Positions 27,445 to 38,478 of a stretch of DNA of 64,000 nt are shown piece by piece. The notes beneath the pieces were generated by a model that saw only the letters and a list, made by a program, of their open reading frames with translations, was not told the origin of the DNA and searched no databases. Location: NCBI GenBank assembly GCA_963677275.1, contig OY781920.1, positions 1,009,960-1,073,959 on the forward strand, given 5' to 3'. This DNA is from an uncultured Paludibacter sp. Its GTDB lineage: Bacteria > Bacteroidota > Bacteroidia > Bacteroidales > Paludibacteraceae. Numbering within the stretch: position 1 is the stretch's first letter; each line of letters begins with the position of its first letter. The position numbers were made by a program, and so were the translations under genes.

Positions 27445-28662
27445 TTATTGATTCATTTCTTTGTCGATGGCATCAAATTCTTTATCCATTTTCAGACGGT
27501 AGTACAAAGTTCTGAGTGTACGTTTGTATTCCATTTCATCCGGTTTCATTTCGGATGCTTTTTTGAAGTAAGGAATTGATTCAACAAAAACGGCATCCGC
27601 ATTTTTCTTAGCTGCATTGTATAATTTGATATCTTTGATATCGTTGGCAGCGTCGGCCATTTTCACGGCTTTGTTGTAGAACAAACGTCCAATTCCTGCA
27701 TATGCATCGGCAAACTTAGGATCTAACTCCAGCGATTTGTCGAAAGCTTTACGTGCTTCTTCAAGCTGGCCCATACTTTCAGTCAGGTTTCCTTTTACAT
27801 AGTAGTATTGTGCAATGTTTGGCTCCCGTTCGATAGCGTTGTTCAAATAAATAAGCGCTTCTTTCGACTGATTTGTAAAGATGTAGTAGTTGATCAAATT
27901 CTGTAAGAACCATGCTTCCTGTGGGAATTTTTCGAAACCAGCTTTCAGCACTTTTACATAGTTTACTGTATCTTTTACTTTTACATATTCTTCATAAAGT
28001 AATTGATGAACAGTGCTTTCTTCGTAACCATCGTCTCTTAAATCTTCGTACAATGCAATGGCTTTATCATGCTTTTCGGCATTGGTAGCTGCAATGGCAG
28101 TGTAGTATTTAATCATATAATAGTTCGAATCTGGTTTAATCTCGTTGTTCATCATTTTTAATGATGGAATGCCAAGATAGGTCTCAAAAACGCGGATGGT
28201 TTCATCGTAGTTTTTCTTTTCGAACAAGTAAGCGCCATAAGCGATCAAATTTTGTTGAGTAGTGTAATACTCTTTGATTTTAGCTTTGATGTCTTTCTGA
28301 AATTTAGGTTTCACCTTGCCTTTAGCATCTGGTAGTCCATCAAGTTCATACGCTTTGATAAAATAATCGTACGATTCCATAATGGCTTTCCCCTTAGTGT
28401 CGGCATCTACCGTTTGACCTAATAGGGCTTTGTTGGTGAGTGTTTCATTTTCTTTGTAACCGATTAATCCGGCAGTGTGCCAGGTGCTGGCAAGGTCCTT
28501 GGTAGTAGCTTCGGTAAGCGCAGGTTTAATAAGTTCTCTTGCACCGGTAAAATCCGGAGTTTCCATTAAAGCTTTGTTCTTCGCTTTGGATACATTGGCT
28601 TTTTGAGCAAATGTAAAGGTTACTGACATAACCAAAAACATGGATAAAATAGTTTTTTTCAT
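27445..28662 (-). CDS. secreted tetratricopeptide-repeat protein
   Basis: Signal peptide and TPR helices; sits downstream of gyrA as in other Bacteroidetes. Confidence 0.8.
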   Translation of the reverse strand: MKKTILSMFLVMSVTFTFAQKANVSKAKNKALMETPDFTGARELIKPALTEATTKDLASTWHTAGLIGYKENETLTNKALLGQTVDADTKGKAIMESYDYFIKAYELDGLPDAKGKVKPKFQKDIKAKIKEYYTTQQNLIAYGAYLFEKKNYDETIRVFETYLGIPSLKMMNNEIKPDSNYYMIKYYTAIAATNAEKHDKAIALYEDLRDDGYEESTVHQLLYEEYVKVKDTVNYVKVLKAGFEKFPQEAWFLQNLINYYIFTNQSKEALIYLNNAIEREPNIAQYYYVKGNLTESMGQLEEARKAFDKSLELDPKFADAYAGIGRLFYNKAVKMADAANDIKDIKLYNAAKKNADAVFVESIPYFKKASEMKPDEMEYKRTLRTLYYRLKMDKEFDAIDKEMNQ

Positions 28663-28705
28663 GACAAATAATGATTTTGTTGAGTTTCTGTTCTTATTTA
28701 TTAAT

Positions 28706-28733
28706 ACCTGAGTTGATTTGACCCAACTCAGGT
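28706..28733 (-). terminator. hairpin after gyrA
   Basis: ACCTGAGTTG/CAACTCAGGT perfect 10-bp stem. Confidence 0.55.
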
Positions 28734-28752
28734 GATTGTTTTAATTTCCGTT

Positions 28753-31368
28753 TTATTCTTGTATTGGTTCTTCTGATTCATTTTCAGCGGCTGTATTGAG
28801 ATCAGCATCATCGATGATTATTGTTTCAGAATTTTCAATTTCTGTTTCAGCAATTTCTTCTTCAAGTTCCGATAATACTTTACAAACCGAAGCTATTTCG
28901 TCGTTTCGTTTTTCAAGATTAATCAGTCGAACTCCCTGAGTGGCGCGTCCCATAACTCTAATGTCGGCTACTTTCAAGCGGATTGTAATTCCGGACTTGT
29001 TGATAATCATCAGGTCATTTTCATCTGTAACGCTTTTGATCGAAACAAGTTTTCCGGTTTTTTCGGTAATGTTCATTGTTTTTACACCTTTTCCACCACG
29101 GTTCGTAACACGGTAAACTGCAATAGGTTCGCCTGCTTCGTCGTGCATGATATTGCCATCTTCGTCGCGTTCGTCCAATAAAGTACGCTTGCCATATCCT
29201 TGTTCTGAAACCACCATTACAGTTTCGTCAGAGTCCTTATTTACACAAATCATGCCAACTACTTCGTCCTGTCCATCATCGTCGAGTAACATGCCGCGTA
29301 CGCCTGTGGCGGTACGACCCATTTCACGTACTTTCGATTCATGGAAACGTATAGCACGACCATTGCGGTTGGCCATCAAAACGTCATTGTTTCCATCCGT
29401 TAAGCGTACTTGTATTACCTGATCGTCTTCGCGAATTGTAATAGCAATCACACCATTCTGACGTGGACGGGAGTAAGCTTCGAGCGATGTTTTTTTGATA
29501 ACTCCGTTCTTAGTACCGAAAATCAGATAGTGTGAATTGATGTATTCGGCATCGGTAAGTCCTTTGACACGAATAAATGCATTTACTTTATCATCCGGAT
29601 CAATATTCAGCATGTTCTGGATGGCACGTCCTTTCGATATTTTAGTTCCTTCCGGTATTTCGTACACTTTCAGCCAGAAGCATTTACCCTTTTGAGTGAA
29701 GAACAACATGGTGTTGTGCATCGATGCAGGATAAATATATTCAATAAAATCTTCGTCTCTTGAGTTACCTCCTTTTGAACCAACCCCACCGCGATTTTGA
29801 GCCCTGAATTCTGTTAAAGCTGTACGTTTAATATAGCCGAGATGCGAAATGGTAATGATCATTTCATCGTCGGAATAAAAATCTTCAGGATTGAATTCTT
29901 CGGAAGAATACACAATTTGTGTACGGCGAACGTCACCGTATTTTGCTTTTACTTCGAGCAATTCTTCTTTGATGATTGCCATCTGAAGGTCTGTGTTCTC
30001 AAGTATTTCTTTCAGGTGAGCAATCAATGCCAATACATCCTGATACTCGGCACGTAGTTTATCCTGCTCCATGCCAGTAAGCTGACGAAGACGCATTTCT
30101 ACAATGGCGCGCGATTGAATGTCGGATAATCCAAAACGTTCCATTAGGTTGGCGCGGGCTTCCTCAGGTGTTTTCGATTCGCGGATGATACGGATGGCTT
30201 CGTCTAAGTTGTCGAGAATGATCATGAATCCTTCGAGCAGGTGAGCGCGTTTTTCGGCTTCGCCCAGTTCGAAACGGGTGCGTCGGATCACTACTTCGTG
30301 TCTGTGTTCTACGAAATAATGAATCATGTCTTTCAGATTCAGCATACGTGGACGTCCGTGTACCAAGGCAATGTTGTTGACGCTGAACGACGATTGTAAG
30401 GCTGTCATTTTGAATAGCTTATTTAAAAGCACATTTGAATTGGCATCGCGTTTTACATCAATTACGATGCGCATACCTTCGCGGTCCGATTCGTCGTTGA
30501 TGTGCGAAATGCCTTCAATTCTCTTGTCTTCTACCAAAGCAACGATTGCTTTGATCAATTCTACCTTGTTGACCTGGTATGGTATTTCGTTGATTACAAT
30601 CTTGTCGCGGCCCTGAGCATCTGTTTCTATCTCTACCTTCGAGCGTACGACAATTCGTCCTCTTCCGGTTTCGAAAGCTTCTTTTACGCCTGCAATTCCC
30701 TGTATGATTCCTCCGGTAGGAAAATCGGGGGCTTTTATGTATTTGATAAGTTCTGAAATTTCAATATCATTGTTATCAATATAAGCAATGATACCATCCA
30801 CGGCTTCTGTCAGGTTGTGCGGTGCCATATTAGTGGCCATACCTACGGCGATACCCGATGAACCATTCACCAGAAGGTTAGGTATGCGGGTAGGCAATAC
30901 GGTTGGTTCTTTCAGCGTGTCGTCGAAGTTGAGTTGGTAATCAATTGTATCTTTATTGATGTCCACCAACATATCTTCCGAAATTTTGCGTAGGCGTGCT
31001 TCGGTATAACGCATGGCAGCAGGGCTGTCGCCATCCACCGATCCGAAGTTACCTTGTCCATCCACGAGTGGATATCGCATCGACCAATGCTGTGCCATAC
31101 GTACAAGTGTACCGTATATGGAAGAGTCACCATGTGGGTGATATTTCCCCATTACTTCCCCTACAATTCTGGCGGATTTTTTATATGGTTTGTCTGAATT
31201 ATTTCCCAGTTCGTTCATCCCGAACAACACGCGGCGGTGTACGGGTTTAAAACCATCGCGCACATCGGGCAATGCACGCGAAACTATCACCGACATTGAG
31301 TAGTCGATGTACGAAGATTTCATTTCTTCGTCAATATTTACCTTTATAATTCTGTCTTGATCAATCAT
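28753..31368 (-). CDS. gyrA: DNA gyrase subunit A
   Basis: YHPHGDS, AAMRYTE and GyrA-box-like QNRGGVG motifs; C-terminal beta-pinwheel repeats. Confidence 0.97.
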   Translation of the reverse strand: MIDQDRIIKVNIDEEMKSSYIDYSMSVIVSRALPDVRDGFKPVHRRVLFGMNELGNNSDKPYKKSARIVGEVMGKYHPHGDSSIYGTLVRMAQHWSMRYPLVDGQGNFGSVDGDSPAAMRYTEARLRKISEDMLVDINKDTIDYQLNFDDTLKEPTVLPTRIPNLLVNGSSGIAVGMATNMAPHNLTEAVDGIIAYIDNNDIEISELIKYIKAPDFPTGGIIQGIAGVKEAFETGRGRIVVRSKVEIETDAQGRDKIVINEIPYQVNKVELIKAIVALVEDKRIEGISHINDESDREGMRIVIDVKRDANSNVLLNKLFKMTALQSSFSVNNIALVHGRPRMLNLKDMIHYFVEHRHEVVIRRTRFELGEAEKRAHLLEGFMIILDNLDEAIRIIRESKTPEEARANLMERFGLSDIQSRAIVEMRLRQLTGMEQDKLRAEYQDVLALIAHLKEILENTDLQMAIIKEELLEVKAKYGDVRRTQIVYSSEEFNPEDFYSDDEMIITISHLGYIKRTALTEFRAQNRGGVGSKGGNSRDEDFIEYIYPASMHNTMLFFTQKGKCFWLKVYEIPEGTKISKGRAIQNMLNIDPDDKVNAFIRVKGLTDAEYINSHYLIFGTKNGVIKKTSLEAYSRPRQNGVIAITIREDDQVIQVRLTDGNNDVLMANRNGRAIRFHESKVREMGRTATGVRGMLLDDDGQDEVVGMICVNKDSDETVMVVSEQGYGKRTLLDERDEDGNIMHDEAGEPIAVYRVTNRGGKGVKTMNITEKTGKLVSIKSVTDENDLMIINKSGITIRLKVADIRVMGRATQGVRLINLEKRNDEIASVCKVLSELEEEIAETEIENSETIIIDDADLNTAAENESEEPIQE

Positions 31369-31521
31369 CTAACTTTAATTTTGTTACTTTTCAAAAATCG
31401 CACTAAGTTACTGCTTTTTATTCGATTTGGCAAACGTTTTACTAAAAAAAGAACAGGGGAGTTTTTACTGATTTTATTCGAATATTGTTTGGTTCAAGAT
31501 TCTTATTATCAGTGTTTAATA

Positions 31522-31562
31522 CAAAAAAAAGAGTGTCCTTCAATTTAGAAAGACACTCTTAA
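31522..31562 (-). terminator. intrinsic terminator after the DoxX gene
   Basis: AAGAGTGTC/GACACTCTT stem with A-run (U-run on the minus strand). Confidence 0.65.
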
Positions 31563-31582
31563 TATTGTTTCGAGAAAAATTC

Positions 31583-32041
31583 TTATTTTTTCTTTGAAAA
31601 TTTACTGCAAATAATAGCATAATAATCGCGTAACAAATAATCGAGTGAGTATTTACCTGCTCCGGTGAATATTAATCCCACATAAAGCGAAAGATAAAAC
31701 AACGACAATTCTTTCACCGCAAAAGGATCGTTTCCATGAATGATAAATGCAGCCACTATCATTCCAATCATCAGTGGAATTGTAGCAATGCGGGTAAATA
31801 ATCCAAGGATAATAAGTGCAGAGCAAAAGAATTCGGCAAAAATGATTAATCCGAGCGAGAGGGTTGAACCTACACCGAGAGGATCGGGAAATGCAGCACT
31901 CATCATGTCGAAATTATTTAATTTTTGTAGTCCGTGTGTGAGCATAAATCCACCAATTACCAACCGAAAAATCAATAATCCGATATTGCTCCATGTGTTA
32001 TTCTCAATGCCATAACAGCTGTTTTTTTGTTTCATTTCCAT
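31583..32041 (-). CDS. DoxX family membrane protein
   Basis: LLIFRL...HGLQKL, AEFFCSALIILGLFTR and GAGKYSLD motifs. Confidence 0.85.
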   Translation of the reverse strand: MEMKQKNSCYGIENNTWSNIGLLIFRLVIGGFMLTHGLQKLNNFDMMSAAFPDPLGVGSTLSLGLIIFAEFFCSALIILGLFTRIATIPLMIGMIVAAFIIHGNDPFAVKELSLFYLSLYVGLIFTGAGKYSLDYLLRDYYAIICSKFSKKK

Positions 32042-32124
32042 ATGTTTTGAATTTTAATTTTATAACAATACAACAGCCACTTAGCTCAAATGTTTTGAGC
32101 CATTTGTTTAATTTGTTTAAAAAT

Positions 32125-32943
32125 CTATTTCAGAATACCTCCGGTAATAAAACAATTATCGAAGTTAAAGTCCAAAACAGGTTCTTTTTCGAAGATTCCA
32201 TACACCGATGAGCCCGACCCGGACATAGAAGCATATATTGCTCCCGATGCATAGAGATTGTTTTTAGTCTTTTCAATTTCAGGATGCAAAGCGAAAACTG
32301 ACTTTTCAAAATCATTTTTTATGCACGCTTTCCATTCCGAAATGGGACGTTGGATGTTTTCGGCAATGGATACATCAGGCTTTTCGGGAATGACAAGCGA
32401 ATATGCTTCGGGGGTTGAAACATGAATGTCGGGTTTTATAAGTACGAGGAAATAACCTTTAAGCGATATTTTGACCGGAGTAAATACATTGCCTATTCCG
32501 GTAGCAAACACGGCTTTGTTGCGGATAAAAACGGGGCAGTCGGCCCCTAAGTCGGCAGCCATTTTTTCTAATTTGCGGGGAGTGATTTTAAGCGCAAACA
32601 TTTCGTTCAGCATTTTGAGTGTAAATGCAGCATCTGCCGATCCGCCACCAAGTCCGGCGCCGAATGGGATTTGCTTTATCAGCGAAATATCGACAGGAGG
32701 AATGTCGTATTCCGACTGTAACAACCGATAAGCTTTTACAATCAGATTTTCCTCGGGGTCGCCGCTTAAAGGAATGCCCGAAGCTGAAAAGCTATAGTCT
32801 GTGCAACCTTCGGAGGGTTCTATTTCGAGCACATCGCAAAGTCCTATAGGGTAAAATACAGTTTCTATGTTGTGATATCCATCCGGACGTTTTTCTACGA
32901 CATTGAGTCCGATGTTTATTTTGGCGTTGGGGTAAGTGATCAT
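32125..32943 (-). CDS. ispE: 4-diphosphocytidyl-2-C-methyl-D-erythritol kinase
   Basis: NAKINIGL, RPDGYHNI, KQIPFGAGLGGGSADAA and MSGSGS motifs. Confidence 0.95.
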   Translation of the reverse strand: MITYPNAKINIGLNVVEKRPDGYHNIETVFYPIGLCDVLEIEPSEGCTDYSFSASGIPLSGDPEENLIVKAYRLLQSEYDIPPVDISLIKQIPFGAGLGGGSADAAFTLKMLNEMFALKITPRKLEKMAADLGADCPVFIRNKAVFATGIGNVFTPVKISLKGYFLVLIKPDIHVSTPEAYSLVIPEKPDVSIAENIQRPISEWKACIKNDFEKSVFALHPEIEKTKNNLYASGAIYASMSGSGSSVYGIFEKEPVLDFNFDNCFITGGILK

Positions 32944-33156
32944 AAATTTATTTGCTGTTTGTCAATTTGCCATTCGGCTTATAAGCATCAAAAGTAATTA
33001 AAAATCAATGAAAGCTAAAATCGATACCGAAATTTTGTTGGCTTACGATAAAAAGTTATCAACAATCTGTTGAAAAAATAGAGATGAATATCCGATAAAT
33101 CTTTCGTACTTTTGAACCTCACAATTATTCACGCATGAATTATTAATTGATTTAGA

Positions 33157-34710
33157 ATGGCCGAAAAACGTAATTATTCAAAGAAACCAATGACTCCGGC
33201 GCCGATACAGGCCAACGAATATGGAAAACTTCCACCACAGGCACCCGAACTCGAGGAAGCAGTTTTGGGAGCTATCATGATAGAAAAAGATGCTTATTCA
33301 TTGATTTCGGAGATATTGAAACCTGAATGCTTCTATAAAGTAACGCATCAAAAGATTTTCGAGGCCATTATGATGCTTGCCGTGCATCAGGAACCTATCG
33401 ATATGCATACTGTTACCGAGCAGTTGCGGAAAATTGGAACCATAGACGATGTGGGAGGCCCTTATTACATTACATTGCTGACGGCTAAAGTTTCGTCGGC
33501 GGCTCACTTGGAGTATCATGCCCGTATTATTGTTCAGAAATTTCTGGCACGAGAGCTGATTCGTATTTCGTCGGAGATTGAAACCAAAGCTTTTGACGAC
33601 AAAACCGATGTGGACGACCTTATGCAAGAAGCTGAAGGGATGCTTTTCGAAGTATCGCAGCGAAATCTGAAGAAAGATGTTACGCAAATCAACCCTGTGA
33701 TTGCCGAAGCGCGTAACCGTATGTTGCTGGCGGCCACCAAACAGGGAGCAAGCGGCGTGCCCAGTGGTTTTCATTCGCTCGACAAAATTACTTCGGGTTG
33801 GCAGCGTTCGGATTTGATTATTATCGCTGCACGTCCGGCGATGGGAAAAACAGCCTTTATTTTGTCGATGGCCAAGAATATGGCTGTAGATTATAATTCT
33901 CCGGTGGCGGTGTTTTCGCTCGAAATGTCGAACGTTCAGTTGGTGAATCGTTTGATAATGAACGTTTGTCAGCTCGAAGGTGAGAAGATAAAAAACGGAC
34001 AGCTCGATAAATATGAATGGGAAAAGTTTGACAAGGATATTAATTTGTTACTTGATGCCCCGATCTTTGTTGACGACACGCCGAGTTTATCCATTTTTGA
34101 GCTCCGAAGTAAGGCACGCCGTTTGGTGAAAGAACACAAAATTCAGTGTATCATTATTGACTACCTCCAGTTGATGAATGCCAGCGGTATGAGTTTTGGC
34201 AGTCGTGAGCAGGAGGTAAGTATTATTTCGCGTTCGCTCAAGGGACTCGCCAAGGAGTTGGATATTCCGATTATTGCGTTGTCGCAGCTGAACCGTGGTG
34301 TGGAAGGACGTACGGGGATTGAAGGCAAGCGTCCTCAGTTGTCCGATTTACGTGAGTCGGGTGCCATTGAGCAGGATGCCGATATGGTTTGTTTTATTCA
34401 TCGTCCTGAATATTATAAAATTACCGAAGATGCTCAGGGTAATTCGCTGTTGGGCATTGCCGAAATTATTGTAGCTAAACACCGTAATGGTGCGACAGCC
34501 GATATTCAGCTTAAATTTAAAAATACCTATGCCAAATTTTTGAATAAAGATGATGTGGCCGACGATGATAATCCTTTCGGGTCTGAATTTCAGGTTATTT
34601 CTTCGAAAATGAACGATCATTCGGGAGACGCGTATCCGGCCATAAGTCCGAATTCAATTCCACCAGGCGGTCAGTTTCCGGGAGGACGAAATGATGAAAC
34701 GCCGTTTTGA
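33157..34710 (+). CDS. dnaB: replicative DNA helicase
   Basis: AARPAMGKT, FSLEMS, IIDYLQL, LSQLNR and DLRESGAIEQDAD motifs. Confidence 0.97.
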   Translation: MAEKRNYSKKPMTPAPIQANEYGKLPPQAPELEEAVLGAIMIEKDAYSLISEILKPECFYKVTHQKIFEAIMMLAVHQEPIDMHTVTEQLRKIGTIDDVGGPYYITLLTAKVSSAAHLEYHARIIVQKFLARELIRISSEIETKAFDDKTDVDDLMQEAEGMLFEVSQRNLKKDVTQINPVIAEARNRMLLAATKQGASGVPSGFHSLDKITSGWQRSDLIIIAARPAMGKTAFILSMAKNMAVDYNSPVAVFSLEMSNVQLVNRLIMNVCQLEGEKIKNGQLDKYEWEKFDKDINLLLDAPIFVDDTPSLSIFELRSKARRLVKEHKIQCIIIDYLQLMNASGMSFGSREQEVSIISRSLKGLAKELDIPIIALSQLNRGVEGRTGIEGKRPQLSDLRESGAIEQDADMVCFIHRPEYYKITEDAQGNSLLGIAEIIVAKHRNGATADIQLKFKNTYAKFLNKDDVADDDNPFGSEFQVISSKMNDHSGDAYPAISPNSIPPGGQFPGGRNDETPF

Positions 34711-34763
34711 TGGTGTTTTGAAGTTGATGGAAGTTAGTACATTTATTTAAACCCACCTATTAC

Positions 34764-34807
34764 AAAAAAAAAGCGCGGAGTTTGATGATTTCAAACTCCG
34801 CGCTTTG
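34764..34807. terminator. intrinsic terminator between convergent dnaB and permease
   Basis: AAAGCGCGGAGTTTGA/TCAAACTCCGCGCTTT stem. Confidence 0.8.
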
Positions 34808-34830
34808 GTATTTTGCGAAAACAAATGTGA

Positions 34831-36108
34831 TCAATGATGGAATGTTTCCAGCTCTTTGGGATCGTGTTTGTGTTTGAAGAATATGGCAAACAGCACAGCC
34901 ACTACCAAAGAGTAGGCGGCAAAAATAAGCCAGATACTTGGCCAGTCTTTCACATGAGTTACAGGGTCTTCGAACCATTTTGCAATGATCAATCCGGCTG
35001 TAATATTTCCCATAACGGCGCCTATACCATTGGTCATTAGCATAAATACACCTTGTGCGGATGATTGTATTTTCGAGTCGGTGTTTTTCTCCACAAATAA
35101 AGCGCCTGAGATATTGAAGAAATCGAAGGCCATTCCGTAAATAATACAAGAACCAATGATAAGTGCGAAACCAAGAATAGAATTATCGGCCAACCCAAAC
35201 AAGCCAAAACGCAATACCCAGGCTAACATGCTGAATAACATTACTTTTTTTATTCCGAAACGTTTCATGAAGAAAGGAATAGCAAGGATAAACAGCGTTT
35301 CGGAAATTTGAGATACCGAAAGGATGATCGTCGAGAAATTATTGATAAGTTCGCCTTTAGGGAAAATGGTGGCATCTTGTAAAAAGCTGTCGCCGTAAGC
35401 GTTGGTCAGTTGCAATGAACCGCCAAGCAACAGACTGAATGCAAAGAAAAGCGCCATTTTCTTTTGTTTGAACAGCACGAAGGCTTCGAGGCCAAGTTTC
35501 TGTACCAGCGATTTTTTCTCGTTTGTCTTTGCTTCTTTTTCTTTTTTAATCACCGGCAGGAAAAAGAATGAAAAAAGCGACAAACCAACAGCTACAATGG
35601 CCGAAATTATAAACGACACTTTAATGCTCATGCCTAAACCCCATTCTTTTGTAAACAGATTGGTAATCCACATGGCCGCAATAAAACCTACAGTTCCCCA
35701 CACGCGGATAGGCGGAAAGTATTTGGTAGGATCTTTGCCTTCGTTTTTTAATACCGAAAAACCGATCGAATTGTTCAGCCCCAATGTTGGCATGTAAAAG
35801 CACATGGCTACGAAAAGCACCCAGAAAAACGGTACGGGAGCATCGATAAAAGGAAGAACACACATGGTTGCACCAAAAAGCAAATGTAAAATAGCGTACA
35901 CATAATTGGCTTTCCATTTGTCGGCAATAATACCGAACAAGGTTGGCATAATCAATGAAGCAAAGCCCATGGTGGAGAATACCAAGCCAAACTCTGCACC
36001 GTTCCATTGTTTTTCAACAAAACCATAATGCCCAAGTGTCATCATCCATGCTCCCCAGACAAAAAACTGAAGGAAATTCATAACCGTCAGTCGAAATTTT
36101 AATCCCAT
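34831..36108 (-). CDS. MFS nucleoside:H+ symporter (NupG/XapB family)
   Basis: MNFLQFFVWGAW, IRVWGTVGF, QISETLF and FDFFNISG motifs. Confidence 0.9.
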   Translation of the reverse strand: MGLKFRLTVMNFLQFFVWGAWMMTLGHYGFVEKQWNGAEFGLVFSTMGFASLIMPTLFGIIADKWKANYVYAILHLLFGATMCVLPFIDAPVPFFWVLFVAMCFYMPTLGLNNSIGFSVLKNEGKDPTKYFPPIRVWGTVGFIAAMWITNLFTKEWGLGMSIKVSFIISAIVAVGLSLFSFFFLPVIKKEKEAKTNEKKSLVQKLGLEAFVLFKQKKMALFFAFSLLLGGSLQLTNAYGDSFLQDATIFPKGELINNFSTIILSVSQISETLFILAIPFFMKRFGIKKVMLFSMLAWVLRFGLFGLADNSILGFALIIGSCIIYGMAFDFFNISGALFVEKNTDSKIQSSAQGVFMLMTNGIGAVMGNITAGLIIAKWFEDPVTHVKDWPSIWLIFAAYSLVVAVLFAIFFKHKHDPKELETFHH

Positions 36109-36206
36109 AATATTGTGTTTAAAGTTTTGTAAATTAGTAGTTTGATTTTAAAGTTTTTTTTGTGATTTATAAATGCATTGTAAACCGATTTTCACTGCTT
36201 TGGATA

Positions 36207-36800
36207 TTATTTTTCCTCTTTTCGTTTAATAGCATCCCTAATGTTGACAGCCAATTCGTATTTTTCTTCTTTGATGGCCATGTTCAGTATTTCGTTCAGA
36301 TCGTCGAGCGAAAGAAGGTCTAATTCGTCGTTTGTCAAATCCTCGGCATCAACATCTTCTTTATCAATTTCTTCGCTGTCTGTTTCATTTTCAATTGCAG
36401 TGCCTACAATGTTGAGTATTTCGGATTTAATATAAATTGGTGAATCGGAGCGAATAGCAAGGGCTACAGCATCCGATGTGCGGGCATCGAGCACAAAAGC
36501 ATTTTCTCCGCTTTTGATGTGTAATTCCGAATAAAACACATCGTTTACCATGTTGTAAATAAGTACTTTTTCGAGTTTTGAACCGTAAAGATTCAACAGA
36601 TTGAATATTAGATCGTGTGTAAGTGGACGCGGTGGCTTCTTGCCGTTCATTTTAAGCGCAATAGATTGAGCTTCGGGTTCGCCTATCATCACTGAAAATC
36701 TGCGGTTTCCGTCGGCTTCGTTCAATACAAGTCCGTAGGTGCCAACCACAGTTTGGTTATATACTAATCCGGTAATTGTCAGTTTGATTTCTGAATCCAT
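36207..36800 (-). CDS. bifunctional nuclease (DUF151) with C-terminal UVR domain
   Basis: IGEPEAQSIA, RPLTHDL and DARTSDAVALA motifs; EKYELAVNIRD tail. Confidence 0.88.
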   Translation of the reverse strand: MDSEIKLTITGLVYNQTVVGTYGLVLNEADGNRRFSVMIGEPEAQSIALKMNGKKPPRPLTHDLIFNLLNLYGSKLEKVLIYNMVNDVFYSELHIKSGENAFVLDARTSDAVALAIRSDSPIYIKSEILNIVGTAIENETDSEEIDKEDVDAEDLTNDELDLLSLDDLNEILNMAIKEEKYELAVNIRDAIKRKEEK

Positions 36801-36982
36801 AGTTTTTTTTTGAAAAAAATGAGAACAAATATAGTTATATTTTTAAAAGTAAAGTTCCGTTTCAATATTTAATAATTATAAATATTCAGCAAAATGAGCT
36901 ATTCAAACTTTTTTTCGGACTATTTCATTGTTGTATATAGCATGAAATGAAAAATATATGTACTTTTGTCGCCCGAAATAAA

Positions 36983-37552
36983 ATGAAAATGAATTTAAGA
37001 AATATTTTCAACCGTACATGGGGGATGATGATGTCCACAACTTCTACGTGGGAAGAGATTGCCGAAGAAGACAGCAAAGAAAATGACTCTTTTGTGCGTT
37101 TTGTTTTGCCATGGATAGCCTTCAGCTCGATAATAATTTTAATTTTCGATGCACTCTATGCCGATACAAAATTTATTGAAACCGGTTTTGTTCACGCTTT
37201 TATCAATGTAATAGCCCTGACGGGGGCTTATTATTTTACTTTGGCAGTAACAAACTCTTTTCTAAAGAAAAATATGCCCGGAGTTTTTTCGGTAGTGAAA
37301 ACCGAAAAAATGGTGGCTTATTCATTTACTGTTATTTATGTACTGAAAGTGGTTGCGGCTGTGATTCCGAGTTTGTTTTTTCTGCAGATTCTGGATGTGT
37401 ATACAGTTTATATAGTGTGGGAGGGTTGCCGTGTTATTTTTAATATCGACGAAGATGACCGGGGAAAAATAATGCTTTTTATAAGTTTATCCATTATCTT
37501 TACACCTATGTTGATAAAAAGAGTTATTTTACTCATGTTGCCTGCATTTTAG
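36983..37552 (+). CDS. Yip1/DUF1282-like membrane protein (start 36983 or 36989)
   Basis: Five hydrophobic segments. A TACTTTTG promoter element lies inside the longer ORF 5' end, arguing for the later start. Confidence 0.6.
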   Translation: MKMNLRNIFNRTWGMMMSTTSTWEEIAEEDSKENDSFVRFVLPWIAFSSIIILIFDALYADTKFIETGFVHAFINVIALTGAYYFTLAVTNSFLKKNMPGVFSVVKTEKMVAYSFTVIYVLKVVAAVIPSLFFLQILDVYTVYIVWEGCRVIFNIDEDDRGKIMLFISLSIIFTPMLIKRVILLMLPAF

Positions 37553-37577
37553 CAGTCGGCTTTTTAGGAGAGAAATT

Positions 37578-38033
37578 ATGTTTAAAAATTCAAATATACT
37601 GATTAGAAACAAGCGCGCCACTTTCGATTATGAAATTATGGAACGCTATATTTGTGGTATTCAGCTTTATGGAACCGAAATTAAATCCATTCGGGATGGT
37701 AAGGCCGGCTTGTCGGATACTTTTTGCACGTTTATCAACAATGAATTGTGGGTAAGAAATATGCACATTGCCACTTATTTTTTCGGAACTTATAACAATC
37801 ACGACGTTCGCAGGGATCGAAAACTTTTACTTACCCGCCGCGAACTGAAAAAATTAATACGTGCGACCAAGGAAACCGGATTTACGATGGTTCCCACCAA
37901 ACTTTTTATCAACGAAAAAGGCCTGGCGAAACTCGAAATAGGCTTGGCGCGTGGTAAGAAAAACTACGATAAACGCGAAAGTCTGAAGGAGAAAGAAGAC
38001 AAACGGAACATTGACAGGGCTATGAAGCATTGA
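37578..38033 (+). CDS. smpB: SsrA-binding protein
   Basis: [21 protein letters not shown] and [10 protein letters not shown] motifs. Confidence 0.97.
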   Translation: MFKNSNILIRNKRATFDYEIMERYICGIQLYGTEIKSIRDGKAGLSDTFCTFINNELWVRNMHIATYFFGTYNNHDVRRDRKLLLTRRELKKLIRATKETGFTMVPTKLFINEKGLAKLEIGLARGKKNYDKRESLKEKEDKRNIDRAMKH

Positions 38034-38059
38034 TGATAAAGATTTAATCCATCATTCTA

Positions 38060-38104
38060 AAAAAAAATAAGGCTTTGAATTCATATTCAAAGCCTTATTT
38101 TTTT
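38060..38104. terminator. bidirectional intrinsic terminator
   Basis: AATAAGGCTTTGAAT/ATTCAAAGCCTTATT stem flanked by A and T runs. Confidence 0.85.
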
Positions 38105-38115
38105 ATACTGATCGG

Positions 38116-38478
38116 TTATTTAATTTTCGACATAAATCTTTCTATGTCAATCAAAGCTCTTTCGTGCGTGCCGGTACCAATTATATCGCCTTTGCTGTCG
38201 GAAGCTTCGAGCGTAAACCTGTAAAGCCTTCCTTCAGTTTCGGTAAGAGTCGCCGTACAGCTTATTTTTTCGCCTATAGCACTTGCTTTTAAATGTTTAA
38301 CGCAAATAGAAGTGCCCACGCTTGAGCTTCCTTCCGGAGTATCAATCAGCTGCATAGCAGTGTTTTCCATAAATGCAACGAGTGCAGGTGTAGAAAATAC
38401 GGCTAATAATCCAGAGCCAAGTCGCTTAGCCGTCTGACTGTCGGTAACTATTGTAGTTTGTGTAAGTTGCTTATTCAT
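38116..38478 (-). CDS. hotdog-fold thioesterase, FlK (fluoroacetyl-CoA thioesterase) family
   Basis: GSG...VFSTPALVAFME, SVGT...HL and GTHER; Thr/Glu/His triad pattern. Confidence 0.82.
   Translation of the reverse strand: MNKQLTQTTIVTDSQTAKRLGSGLLAVFSTPALVAFMENTAMQLIDTPEGSSSVGTSICVKHLKASAIGEKISCTATLTETEGRLYRFTLEASDSKGDIIGTGTHERALIDIERFMSKIK

Noticed and set aside
38034-38115. tmRNA next to smpB
   Set aside because: The gap holds only a terminator.
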